In this document: positions 31,312 through 44,449 of the stretch, piece by piece
Position numbering within the stretch: the first letter of the stretch is position 1
Layout of the letters: each line of letters begins with the position of its first letter
Position numbers and translations under genes: made by a program
Notes under the pieces: model-generated
Seen by the model: the letters and a program-made list of their open reading frames with translations, nothing else
The model's database searches: none
What the model was told of the DNA's origin: nothing
Source of the DNA: the human T2T-CHM13v2.0 reference genome, Homo sapiens
Direction: 5' to 3' (one strand)
DNA length: 64,000 nucleotides
NCBI RefSeq assembly: GCF_009914755.1
Contig: NC_060928.1

Positions 31312-32123
31312 GTAAAGGGTAGTTCTAACTTCAAGTGACTTGTTCAGTATTATATGCATGATATTATCAACATATTGAATAGCATAAAACTATCACTTCA
31401 GGGCTGAAATATAATGATTTTTTAATGTTAAGGATGAGATATCAAGATTTCTTTTAAAAGACTGAATTATGACACAGATGATTTGGTTGCTGTGCATTTC
31501 AATTTTTTTCAATCCTAGATGATTTTCTTCACTCACAGGGGAAATAAACTGATCCTACATAATGAACATATTTAAAAATTTAAGAACATGCCTACAAAAA
31601 AACATGAAGTACTTTGTGAAGCTGAACTCACCCAGATTGGATTTAATAATTCATCCACTACTGTCTCTCAAATTGAAACATCCAAACTCAAGTGCCTAGT
31701 TTTGTAACGGAATGGAGAAAGACATCTTACTGCAGTCTCACCATAATTTGCTCAGAAGCATTGGAAAGATCCACCTTGTTAACTATCTCCCAAAATTTTC
31801 ATTGTGAGTTAAAACAGTTGTAATTTAATAGAACAAAGAGAAACCTGGCCAATGGCTCAAATTATCTGTGGATCCTTCCATGAAAGACGGTAAAAAAAGT
31901 ATGATCCTTCTTACCAATATGGAACTATTAATAATAATAACAATGAAAAATTAACATATTATAATTTAGTTTTATTTCTTAAATTGTGAGGAATCTTTTG
32001 AAAATGTTTGCATTTATTGGTGATTTGTGCAATTTGGACACAGAGTAAATGGTCCACAAATGCTGAAAGTTTTAGAAACTTTTAAAAATGATAGTTCCAT
32101 GAAAAAGTTAAGGCTTGTAGTTT

Positions 32124-32845
32124 TGAAACTGCCCTTGCAAAAAGTATGACAGTGAGAGAAATCTTCATAGCTGACTCTGTCTTCCTTCTAACCTCACAAG
32201 CTAACCATCTATGTTCATTCCTGGATATAAGCCAAGCTAACTATGGGAAAAGTTTAGTTCATAGTTTAAAACAACGATAAGCATCTCTTCCTAAAATGAA
32301 CCCCCTTCTTGCTCAGGAACTAGAACTGCCTTTGTAAAATTAACAAATTTGCCACAAGGGTAGAGTTATGTTTCCAGCATCATGTGGCTGGAGGTCATAA
32401 GATTTATAACCTCCCCAACTGCGCCTATAGATAGCATCATAATTGTAAAACCAAAGACTGGTGTTTGAGGTATTTTTCAGACCTTGCATTCTGATGAACC
32501 AGCTGGAACCATCCAGACCCAGTAACCCATCCCAAGAAACTGACTTAACTGGTCTTGTGACCTCCACCCAAGAACTGACTCAGCTCAGGTGGACAGTTTT
32601 GACCCCCTTTGATGTCATCTCCAACCCAACAAATAAGAATTCTTCATTCCCTAGCCACCTGCCCACCAAACTGTCATTGAAAAACCCTAGCCTTGAATTC
32701 TCAGAGAGGTGGATTTGAGAATTATCTCCTGTCCTTCTACTAGACTAGCCTGTGATTATTAAACTCTCTTTGCTGCAACACCTGCTGTTCTCAGTGCATT
32801 GGTTTTTCTGGACAGCAGGCAAGAAGAACTCATTGGGCTGTAACA
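32124..32845 (+). mobile_element. ERV1 solo LTR (LTR8 family)
   Basis: tgaaactgcccttgcaaaa...gggctgtaaca termini; perfect 4-bp TSD gttt. Confidence 0.88.
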
Positions 32846-32959
32846 GTTTTCACCACTGTGCCTGAGCCTTAATCAATATTGCACAGGGGTGAAAGAATCA
32901 GTATTTTTAAGGCCTATGTTGCTCCAACTTATCCTACAAGAATCAACTCAAATATCGTC

Positions 32960-33850
32960 TTTTACAAACATTTGAATCTTTTCTTTGTGCCAGAATTACA
33001 ACTATATACAAAAAGCAGCCCTTGTCCTGAGGGAACCTCAGAAAATCTGTGAAATCTCAGCAGCTTAGATGTTATGTTAGAGCAAACCCATGGGGCTCTG
33101 AAAACATACAGGCGAGCACTAACCAAAACTTAGAAGAATAAAACCAGGCAGCTAAGACCTGAAGGCTGCAGGGGTGGTGAGGGAAAGCATTTCAGGCATA
33201 GGCAACATAATTTGCAACAATCTTGGAAGTGAGAAAGAACAAACTGTAATCATAAACTATAGATAGTTCATTGCGACAGAACATCCAGTATAAGGTGAAA
33301 GGGTACCCTAATCAACATGGCTTTGATGAAGCATGTTACAGACCTGCATTCTGTGCACTGTAGGTAGCCAATAAAGGATATTAGCAAGAGAGTGACATGA
33401 TTATATTATTGCTTTAGAAATATCATTCTGACATGTGGCCTTAGAATTGGAGGGAGGCAAGAAAAGGCAGAGAGACTTGTCAGGAGGCTGTAATAGCAAT
33501 GGAATGACTTAAAAGTCATGGTAACAATCGTTGTGGAGATGCAAATGAAGGGGAAATTAGGGGATGCCGGTTACTTTTGACATTTTATTTGAGTCTTGAA
33601 GGATGAGTAGGATTTTATCAGGCAGGCAAGTAGGGAAGGGAATTCAAGATACAGCAAAGACAAAGGAAACTGAAAAGTAACACACATTCCCAGTCACTCA
33701 CATATAAAATATATGGAATATGAAGAGAAGTTGGCTTGGGCACAGGTTGGAATGCTACCTGATTTTTTTGAGTAGGAGAGTGATCTGCTCAGATCTGTGT
33801 TTTAGAAAAATGAAAAAAGGGTGAAGGATGGATATGGGGGTTAGAGGAGA
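32960..33850 (+). mobile_element. L2 fragments
   Basis: cagctaagacctgaagg, gagtcttgaaggatgagtagga, gtgatctgctcagatctgtgttttagaaa motifs. Confidence 0.6.
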
Positions 33851-34464
33851 TGCCTCCCTGACAGAGTCTTTTAGGACAGCACAACATCTGGTTATCCCAC
33901 AGCACCTCTGGTGTCTCCAGAGGAATTCCTTTGATCCCAGGAGATTTGACCACAACGAGGGCAGAAAGGCCAAGACTTGTATAACTACTTGCAATACGTC
34001 CTTTCAGGAACCAGGCCAGTGTCTGAATTTTGGGATATTACGTTGGCTCTAGCTCTTTGTAGCAGGCACTGGAAATTGATAACCAGACAGTTCCCCTTCT
34101 CATGCCTCTATGTTGTTCAGGTCTCCCTTTACTCTGTGTGATCTGATGAATCTTAGCTGACCTAAGCCAATTACAGTAGTCATGTCCTCCTGAAGTGATT
34201 GTTCACTGATAAACATGTGACCCAATTCTGGTGAGTGAGGATACTCTGGAAGGATGAAATTCTGGAAAAAATCTTCTCAGCTCTGTAAAAGAGACTCAAG
34301 GAAAAGTTGGTCCCTTTTCTGCTTCTCTCAAGATATGACGCCTGCTGATCCTGCAGTTTATTGGGATTAAGAGGGAAGCTCATCTTGTCTTTGAGAGTTT
34401 TCTACTGCATGATATTCGAAATGCTAAAGATGACTGAGGAGGAGAAAGATTAAATCAATCTGAG

Positions 34465-34765
34465 GGCCAGGCATGGTGGCTTACACCTGTAATCCCAGCA
34501 CTTTGGGAGGCTGATGCAGGAGCATCACTTGAACCCAGGAGTCTGAGACCAGCCTAGGCAACATAGTGAGACCTCATCTCTACTAAAAATAATAATTTAA
34601 AAAATTAGCTGAGCATGATGGTGTGTGCCTGTAGTCCCAGCTATGCCATTGGCTGAGGTGGGAGGAAGACTTGAGCCTGGAGATAGAGACAGCCATGAGC
34701 TATGATCACGCCACTGCACTCCAGCCTGGGCGATAGAAAGAGACCCTGTCTCAAACAACAACAAG
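34465..34765 (+). mobile_element. Alu (AluJ-like) inside an old MLT1-like LTR (approx. 34150-34880)
   Basis: Sense Alu; flanks carry aaacatgtgacccaattctgg and ttaaccattttgagttg MLT1-like motifs. Confidence 0.85.
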
Positions 34766-36090
34766 AAATCTGTGTGCTTGATATCATCGGTGAGCCTCCA
34801 AATTAGCCAGATACAGAATCCCCCTGTTTCTTGATGATTTTAACCATTTTGAGTTGCATCTTCTTTTTTTATTCCAGACAAAATCCTCAAACTATTCAGG
34901 CCTGTTTTTGCAGTGGAGGTAATAAATGGAAGGTTTAGGAGTAGGGAGGGAAATATTCATCAACACTGGCTATGTCTCTTCAGTTCTTCCACCGTTTTCT
35001 TCTTGTTTTCTTCTCTGATAGGAATCAATCACCTGTTACAGAGGCTGCTCTGTGGAGGTAAACACAGGGATAGGTAGAAAGTAAATATTAACTGACTGTG
35101 CCTCCCACCCTCGAGTATTGGATTGACTGATTGCAGGAGTGGAAATATCACTCCTGGCTGTTCAAAGGAGCCACCGTGAGCTCCTGTTCTTTGCACAAGA
35201 AAAGAGTCATGTGCTAAAAACAGTCATCATATTAATGCAGGTCAATTTCTTCACCTGGAGTGGGATGAAAATGTCACAAAGCACCATTGTGAGCAAAGTT
35301 TCCCTTAATCGAGTGGCACAGCTAATTTGCAGCATTCTACCAGCAAGCAACCCCACCCCAACACAAAGAACATTGTGAGAGGCTGTGAGCTGCTGGAACA
35401 GGCTCAGATTTACGACTGGGTGCAGGGAAAAAATGACAAAGATAATGGTCCCTGGTCTCTCTTATAGCAAAGCAGGGACTTCAGCAAAGAAAGCTGTTTC
35501 TCAGCTTTTGAGTTCTATGACTCATCTTTCCTCACATTTTAATTTTCTGAAATTGGGATGCATCTCACAACTGACATGTAACATTTAATGTGATAGTATT
35601 TCTCTTCTCATAAGATGTTCTTGAAGAGATGTGTGTCAACTGAAGTGCCAGAAAAGCGTAGCAGAGCCACAGCCCTCAGGGGTGACAAACTTGCTGTTCA
35701 GCCAGTAACTCCCATTAACACAAGGCCCTGTGCTTGTGGAAAGCCTCTTGCTGGGGAATGGTGGCCACTGAGGCATATGGGGACTGGAGGTCTGACCTCT
35801 AGATGAGCAGGAGATGTGCAGGAGGCAGCAAGATTGCGGGTCCCTTAAGGGAGAGACCTCCCCTATACATCCCGCTTGGCCTGAAATTCCTGCATTATAA
35901 AGTCATTCAATTAGGTCTTAAAAGCTCTTCTTGTCTTTGAGTTGCCTACTGCATGGTTTTCAAATGGAATAGAAATAGCACACTTTTTTCAAGTAAAATC
36001 TCATTTCAAATAATAATATATAAATAGATATTCTTAATGGGTTCCTTACTTATTGGTGAATACTTTATTCTTTGCAGAACTTCTGAATCA

Positions 36091-36492
<402 letters not shown>

Positions 36493-36569
36493 AAAATTGC
36501 TACTAAAATTAACTGAAAGATACATGAAAATAAAGTCCTGAGGGAAGAATCAGATTACTAGAAATTTTT

Positions 36570-36715
36570 AATTTGCCTAGTCTAATATCCTCATTTACTA
36601 AGGAGGAAACTGAAGCTCAGAGAAGTGAAATGGCTCACTCAAAGGTGATAATTATCCGGGTGGTGACAGAGCTGGGATCAGAACCTGGGCCAGCTGATTT
36701 CTGACCCACAGCTCC
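36570..36715 (-). mobile_element. MIR
   Basis: gaggaaactgaagctcagagaagtgaaatggctcactc...gagctgggatcagaacctggg. Confidence 0.8.
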
Positions 36716-37700
36716 TGGTAGAACAGCACGGTCCAGCTACAAGAGGCAACTAGTCGGAGGACTCACATCCCTGAGTCACAGGGTTGTCTGGCATTGGCCC
36801 TGTGCCCTAGGGGAAACACCTGCCCATCACAGCCATGGGAGCTCATGCAGCCATCTCCTGGCCCTCCTGCCTCTCCTCCTCCCTTGTGCTGTCATTAGGA
36901 GGATGACCGCCTTTGCACAGAGGCAGACAACCTCATCTAAATGGACCAAGCAATCTCTCATGAAGGAAGGTTGAATGACCAAGTTCAGAGACGGCAGAAC
37001 CTTTCCCTGCTTTTCCCTTACCCGGGGTCCTGGGAATGTCCACCCAGAAATGTCCTCTGGGCTTTTTGGATCATCCATCATTTCTTCTCAAGAATCAGCT
37101 GTAAGGAATAGTGGAGTCTGCAAGCCTGGTTGGAATCCATGCGCCTTTCTAAGTAATGTGAGCACAATACTTAATGTGGCATCAGTGGCCTCAGGTATAA
37201 AATGGGATAACAGTAGCACTGCGCTGGTGGTGGTGTGGTGAAGATTCACTGGGATGAGATGGGGGTACTTTGCATATAGTGAGAGCTCAGTCATATGGTA
37301 CCTATTGTTAATAATAATGCCAATCGCTATCTGGTTTGGCCTGTTGGGTAATTGTTTTGTATGAAGAATATCCCGCTTAATACCAAAAAGATTTTGAGGA
37401 GCTCCATCTTTTATGCTGAGTTGGAGGGTAGGCAGTAATCTGGTTGGACTCTGTTGAAAACCACACATCACCAAACTAAGGAAGATTCAGCTAAGATAAT
37501 TTCCCTTTAGATGCTTTACTTTAATCCCTGCTGATAGAGTTGGCCCAATTCCTGGACTCTACGGTGCAGAAAGAACAATTCTACTCAGTAAATACATACC
37601 CAAACAAAGGACTTGATCAGCACAGGGATCTTTCGGATAATAGAACTACAGGGAAAACCTGCTTTCTGTGAAGTAAGTGCCTTAAGATATTAGTCTTCTC

Positions 37701-38360
<660 letters not shown>

Positions 38361-38787
38361 CTCATTTCTCTTATTTTACTCTTGTGTTCTGTTTACCTTG
38401 CTTCCTGCCTTCCAAATGTGACAGGACTTCCTTGCCACATAGAGAAAAAGACCAAGGATACCACATACATCTCTGTCTTGATGTGGACAGGTAAGGCCAT
38501 TCCTGAAACCCCTAGCTAATAAAAAAGCTGTTCAAACTATTTCTAATGGGAAAAGGTATGATGCACAAGTAACTGAGAAAACCTAAGCAAGTTTCACAGA
38601 TAGAAAAATATTTAAATTAGACAATGAAAACAAGTGTATAAAAGTAATAAGCAACATTTTAAAACTAAGTAGATTGAACTTGTATGTACAATGTAATGTA
38701 ATGGTAACAGAAGACTTGTTAGTCGCTACTGGGTGATGGAGAAGGGTATAAGAGAATTATTTTTCAGAGGGTGCTAGGGAGCCAGGT

Positions 38788-38870
38788 GTTCTAATAATTA
38801 GACTATAGTTTATTATTAGTTCTAATAATTAGACTATAGTTTATTATTAGTTCTAATAATTAGACTATAG
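38788..38870. repeat. 31-bp tandem repeat, 2.7 units, quasi-palindromic
   Basis: Unit gttctaataattagactatagtttattatta at 38788, 38819 and (partial) 38850. Confidence 0.95.
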
Positions 38871-39059
38871 AGTTCCTAGGATTTTTCATGTAGACTGTCA
38901 TATAATTTGTGAACCATGGCAGTTCTGCTTCTTCCTTGGCAATCCATATACCTTTCACTTGTTTTCTATTTAATTTTTTAAACTTACTGTACTCAGCCTG
39001 GACAACATGGCGAAAACCTACAAAAAATACGAAAATTAGCTGGGCATGGTGGCACGCAT
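38850..39059 (+). repeat. Local direct duplication C, ectopic copy of 40022-40228 (L1M piece + start of Alu)
   Basis: Shared 37-nt exact core aatttgtgaaccatggcagttctgcttcttccttggc and the same L1/Alu junction aaacttactgtactcagcctggacaac; roughly 85-90% identity by eye. Confidence 0.93.
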
Positions 39060-39468
39060 GCCCAGAAAAAAGCTAAACATGAGTGTGCTTTGAAAACATA
39101 ATTTACAACTACTTCTGTCATCTATCTAATTAACATATGTTAATTAATTAATTTGTTGCTGGGTTTTGTATTCTGTTCCATTGTTCTGTTTATCTATACT
39201 CGCATCAATACTACCCAATCTGCATTACTGTAGATTTTCAATAAGCTATGTCATAAACTGAGCTCCTAATCTTTTTTGTTTCTTTGCCAAAATTTTCTTG
39301 GCTCTTCTTGGTGCTTTATGCTTCCATATAGATTTTATAATTAATCTTTCAATAAAGGGAGAAAAGGCCTTGTTGAGATTTTGACTGGAATTGTACTGAT
39401 TTATTCTATGAATTTTGGAACAATTGCTAACTTTAAGATATTGAGTGTCCTGATTCAAAAATATGACA

Positions 39469-39794
39469 CAGTCATCCCTTGGTATCCATGGGGGAATTGG
39501 CTCCAGGATTCCCCTCGGATACCAAGATCTGAAGATGCTTAAGTCCCTAATATAAAATGGTGCAGTATTTGCATATAATCTACACACATCCTCTCATATA
39601 CTTTAAATCATCTCTAGATTATTTCTAATACCTAATACAATGTAAATGCAATGTCAATTGTTGTTATACTGTAGTGTTTTTATTTGTATTATTTCTTGTT
39701 GTTATATGGTTATCTTTTTTATTTTTTGACTATTTTCAATCTGTAGTTGGTTGAATTTGCAGATATGGGAGCCAAGGATGCGGAAAGCCCACTG
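39469..39794. mobile_element. MER2 (TcMar-Tigger MITE)
   Basis: cagtcatcccttggtatccatggggg...tatttgcatataatctacacacatcctc...ggatgcggaaagcccactg followed by TA. Confidence 0.9.
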
Positions 39795-40167
39795 TAAATG
39801 TTTCTACTGAGATCCACTTTAATTTTTACAGTAGCACATTATAATTATCTTCAAAGCAGTCTTGCACATCTTTTTAAAGACTTATTCTTAAGTTCTGTGG
39901 TATTTTTGCTCTTTAAAATAGTGTCTTAATTACACTTTTTACATGTTTCTTGCTGGTGTGTAGGGATGCAATTGAATTTTTTGCATTCACATCCAACAAT
40001 CTTGTCAAACTAATTTGATTAGTTCTAATAATTAGAAAATAGAGTCCCTAGGATTTTCCATGTAGACTATAATGTAATTTGTGAACCATGGCAGTTCTGC
40101 TTCTTCCTTGGCAATCCATGTACCTTTCACTTGATTTTTATTTAATTTTTTAAACTTACTGTACTCA

Positions 40168-40371
40168 GCCTGGACAACTTGGTGAAAAACCATCTCTACA
40201 AAAAATTAGCTGGGTGTGGTGGCACACACCTGAAGTTTCAGCTACTTAAGAGGCTGAGGTGGGAGGATCGCTTGAGCCCAGGAGGTGGAGGTTGCAGCAA
40301 GCTGAGATCACATCGCTGCACTCCAGCCTGGGTGACAGAGTGAGATCCTGTCTCAAAAAAACAAAAACAAA
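40168..40371 (+). mobile_element. 5'-truncated Alu (AluJ-like)
   Basis: TSD aaacttactgtactca / aaacttattatactca. Confidence 0.9.
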
Positions 40372-40719
40372 AACTTATTATACTCATAGGATCTCTGGTA
40401 TATTATTAAATAGGTACGGTGATATTGGGTATTTTGTCCTTCTGATTTTAATGAAATAATTTTTATTTTTCATGATTACGTATAATGTTTTGGTGAGTTT
40501 GGGTAGAAACATTTATCAGGTTAAGATAGTTTCTTCTATTACTACTTTTCTAAATGGTTTTTATTGGAAGGTATGCTCAATTTTATCTAGTGCTCTTAAA
40601 ATTAGATATCGAGATGATCATATGGTTTTTTCTTACAAAATATTAATGTGGAAAATTAAAGTAATAGGTTTTTATCAGACTTATATACATGAACATGGTT
40701 TCAAGTAAAATAGTTCTAT

Positions 40720-41110
40720 TACTGTCTTAGTTCATTTTCTGTTCCTATGACAAAATGCCCAAAACTGGGTAATTTATAAAGGAAAGAGATGATGTATTTA
40801 GTTCACTATTCTGGAGGTTGGGACATCCAAGATGGGCAGCCACATCTAGTGAGGGCCTCGTGCAGCATCAGAACATGGGGGAGAAAAGGAAGGGAACGTG
40901 GGGCATGCAAAGACCAAATATGAGGCAGCCTCGCTTCATAACGACCTGCTCTCGCAATACCCAATCCAGTCCTGCAAGAACGAGAGCTCACTCCCTGGAG
41001 AAAGGCTTTGATCTCTCTTAATGATCTAATCACCTCTTAAAGGCACCACTTCTTAACACTGGCTCCACTGGGGGCCAAACCCAAACATGAGTTTTGGTGG
41101 GGACAGACCC
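40720..41110 (-). mobile_element. MaLR LTR (MST-like)
   Basis: tgtcttagttcattttctg...tagtgagggcctc...tgatctaatcacctcttaaaggc...aacatgagttttgg. Confidence 0.8.
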
Positions 41111-42992
41111 GACTCAGATGGACCCATACATCATTTTCCATTCTCACCAGGAAGGTATGAGAGTCTAGTTGCTCTACTTTCTCATCCACTCTTGGTGTTT
41201 TTATATTTCACTTTACCCATTCTATTAGGTATGAAGTGGCATCTCATGATATACAAAACTGTGAGCTCTACAGTTTCTGCTGGGAGAAAAACTAACAAAA
41301 TCAACTAGTGTAGGGTGAGTCACACCACGATATTTGTAAACTGGTAGATGAATCAACTTGCGTAACAGCTCAGTCCAAAGTCAACACTAACACAGAGCTT
41401 CCGAAACTGTTGTGACTGTTCCAAGGGCTTTGTGAATCCATTAGCTGGAAACTGTATCTGTAGTAATTTGTGAATCAATTGTTTGTCAACTAAATTAATA
41501 AAATTATAATTTTATGTGGGTCCTAAGTTTTTTTAAACGTTAGAAAGGGTTTCTTATGGTGGCTAAGAACACAGGCCAAGGCCTGGGTTTTCCCTGCAGT
41601 AATAACTGTTAACAAGGTTTTGTATTAAATCATATTATGTGAGAGGTTTAGGGCTTATTTATTCATTATTCAAAAAGCATTGCTTGCCACCTAAGTGCCA
41701 CACATTGTGCTAGGAGCTTTCACACGAAAAAAGAGACGGTACTATTACAAACCTTACTGCTGGCAGGGTGGGGGTGCCTGACTTCTGTCTTTGGAGTCAG
41801 GGCCCACCCAACAGGAATGAAGAGGCTGATGCTACGTCCAGATTGGAATGAACGCAGTTGTTACCTGGAGGAGCCAACCAATCACAGGCAACGTGCAAGT
41901 ACCTGGCACAGGAAACTAAATCTGTGCTTAGTCCTCAGAGAAAGATACTCAGTAACAGATCCAGGATGAGCGGGTTGGCCATGGAAGGAGGGCAAGGTAG
42001 GAAGTCCAGCCCTGGGAAGGCCCACAGCAGGACATTGACAGCAAGAATTGCAGAAGAGAAGGGCTTTAGGACCTAGGCTGGGAGCACAGCTGGGGTGTGG
42101 AGTTTGTCTGAGTGGACCCAGGCAGAACAACAGGCTTAAAGTCTCAGGGCCTCACACGACAAATATGTGTGCACGAGGGAAATTGGACAGAGACCATAAT
42201 AAATAATTACAGCTGTGTGAGAACTGAGATCAGATTGCCAAGGGAATGTAGAGAAGGAATTAAGGAAGGGAAGTCAGGGAAGGTGTAGGGGAGAAGAGGT
42301 TTGAACTGGTTCTTGAAGAAGAGTATCTGCCAGAGAGGGGTTTAGAAGGACATTCTAGGAAAAGGGAGCATATTGCAAAGCCATGATGTCACGAGGGAAT
42401 AGGATATGTTTCAGAAACAGAGAGCAGTCTGGTGTGGCAGACACATATTGTTTATGGGTACGAGAAGAGGCTGGAAGGTACCCAGTGTCAGGCTGGACAG
42501 TCGTGACGGGAAGCGAGTTTGGGCTGTATCCTTAAGAGTCTTGGTCTGGGGAGAGATGTGCTGAGAGCTGGGCTGCAGACATTGATCTAGCTAGTCCTAC
42601 TCAGACCAGTGAGGCAGACAGGGCTGCATCTGGGAAGAACATGCCAGCACTCAGCAAAGGCATTTTATTGTCAGCTTCTCCCTCCCCTTAGCCATAGCTT
42701 GGGGGGCCTTTCCTTAGTCCCTCCTCCCCTCCATTTGTGCAGCTCCTTTTTCCATGCAGGTCACTGCCTTGACAGAGGTGGGCATGCCTACAGTGCCCAG
42801 GCCTCTGAGGAATGCCCTAGTATAGGCCACCCACCAAGAGTAACACTGATGCCTCCAAGATATGGAACAGCTGCAGCCTGGGTTATGGCTGTGAGCCCTG
42901 CCAAAGTGCACATGGAGGGAAGCTTGTGTGTCCCTCTGTGCCAGTCCAACAACTCCACTCACATGCCGTGCATCGAAGAATCTTCCTGGTGA

Positions 42993-42994
<2 letters not shown>

Positions 42995-43048
<54 letters not shown>
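42995..43048. repeat. (TG)n microsatellite
   Basis: About 24 perfect TG units plus degenerate flank. Confidence 0.97.
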
Positions 43049-43575
43049 TTTCATGATGTCTTTTTTTGGGTTGGAAGAGAGACGCCTTGCTCTCTCTCAG
43101 AAATTCTGTGAATGGTCATTTTACTCAGAATTTCCAGCATGTAAGATAGAAGCTCTCCAGGGTTATCTCTGGTCAGGGATCAAACAGCTGCTCTCCACTG
43201 TCTCAGCAGAATAAAATGCTTCTACCAAAGCAAAGCTGACGCAGACATACAAAACAGATAAGCGTGAGATCTGGGCTGTGGGAGGCATGGTTATCTGGAA
43301 CACTTTTCCTTACCCAGGAGAGAAGCATTTGTCTGAGGAGTACTGTAACCATGTACTTTCAGATAACAAAATTTCCTAGGGAATCCCTCATATCAGCAGT
43401 GACTGTATCCCTTGGACTTACTCTTAAAATCCAGTACATATTTCTTTGCCTTATATGGCTAAGACGAAGTGTATGAGTGTCGGGGAAGGGGAGGATTTGA
43501 GAAGAGCTTCTTCAAATGTATGTCCTAGCCTCTGCCCTTAGCAAAGAAAAAGGAAGAGCTACAAAAGTTGTGGAA

Positions 43576-43625
43576 GGGAATAAATTACCTTGCAGTGGGT
43601 GGGAATAAATTACCTTGCAGTGGGT
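43576..43625. repeat. Perfect 25-bp tandem duplication
   Basis: gggaataaattaccttgcagtgggt twice. Confidence 0.97.
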
Positions 43626-43926
43626 AGGCATAGTCGAGGTATAACTTGATGGCCTAAAAGGCCACTTCCCTGCCTTCCTCCAAAAGGAACCCCTTCCTCA
43701 GTAGTATTGCCTTTGATTCCCTCATTAATGACTCCTTGAGGCCAACGCAGTAGTTTTCAATCTGGGACACGTGGAATTCCAGGGGTCTGGGGCAAGCCAG
43801 GGTGGGCATGGAGGGTGTTCTACCCCTTCTCCCCATCCTTTAAATGGGGGTGCTCTCACCTTCTCCATGGTACATATCACACTTCCCTTTGAGATTTCTT
43901 CTGCAAGTTTTCTTCTTCTTAGTAGG

Positions 43927-44357
43927 TGTGATGGTTAATTGTATGTGTCAGGTTGGTGAGGCCACGGTACCCAGATATTTGGTCAAATACTAGTCTCGAT
44001 GATGCAGCAAAGGTGTTTTTTAGATGAGATTAACATTTAAATCAGTATATTTTGAGTAATGCAGATTATCCTCCATAACATGGGTGGGCCTTATCCAATC
44101 AGTTGAAGACCTTAAGAGAAATTGGTCTCCCAGAAAGAAGGAATTCTGTCTCCAGGCTGTCTTCAGACTCGAGTTGTAATGTTAATTCTGCCCTGAGTCT
44201 CCAGCTTGATGGCCTGCCCTGCAGATTTTGTACTTGCCAGCCTCCATTATCATGTGAGCCAATACCCTAAAATAAATGACTGTCTCCCTCTCTTACTCTC
44301 ACTCTCTCTCTCTCCATCCTATTTGTGCTGTTCCTCTAGAGAACCCTGACTAACACA
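43927..44357 (+). mobile_element. MLT2 (ERVL) solo LTR
   Basis: tgtgatggttaattgtatgtgtca...gagaaccctgactaacaca; 5-bp TSD gtagg/gtaag. Confidence 0.9.
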
Positions 44358-44449
44358 GTAAGTTTATTAAATTTAGTGGTATGAGTGAAGCAATTTGGAA
44401 AATATTTTAGATGCAATACAGAATTAAGCAAAAGAAGAATAAATGTATC

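Larger units (their letters stand above)
39110..40680 (-). mobile_element. Old L1M ORF2 fragment with MER2 and Alu insertions
   Basis: Antisense ORF2 motifs (tattctgttccattg, cttccatatagatttta, gagatgatcatatggtttttt); minus ORF FIERLIIKSIWKHKAPRRAKKIL. Confidence 0.75.

Noticed and set aside
38788-38870. CRISPR-like reading of the palindromic 31-bp repeats
   Set aside because: No unique spacers, no cas genes, primate context; it is a head-to-tail tandem repeat.
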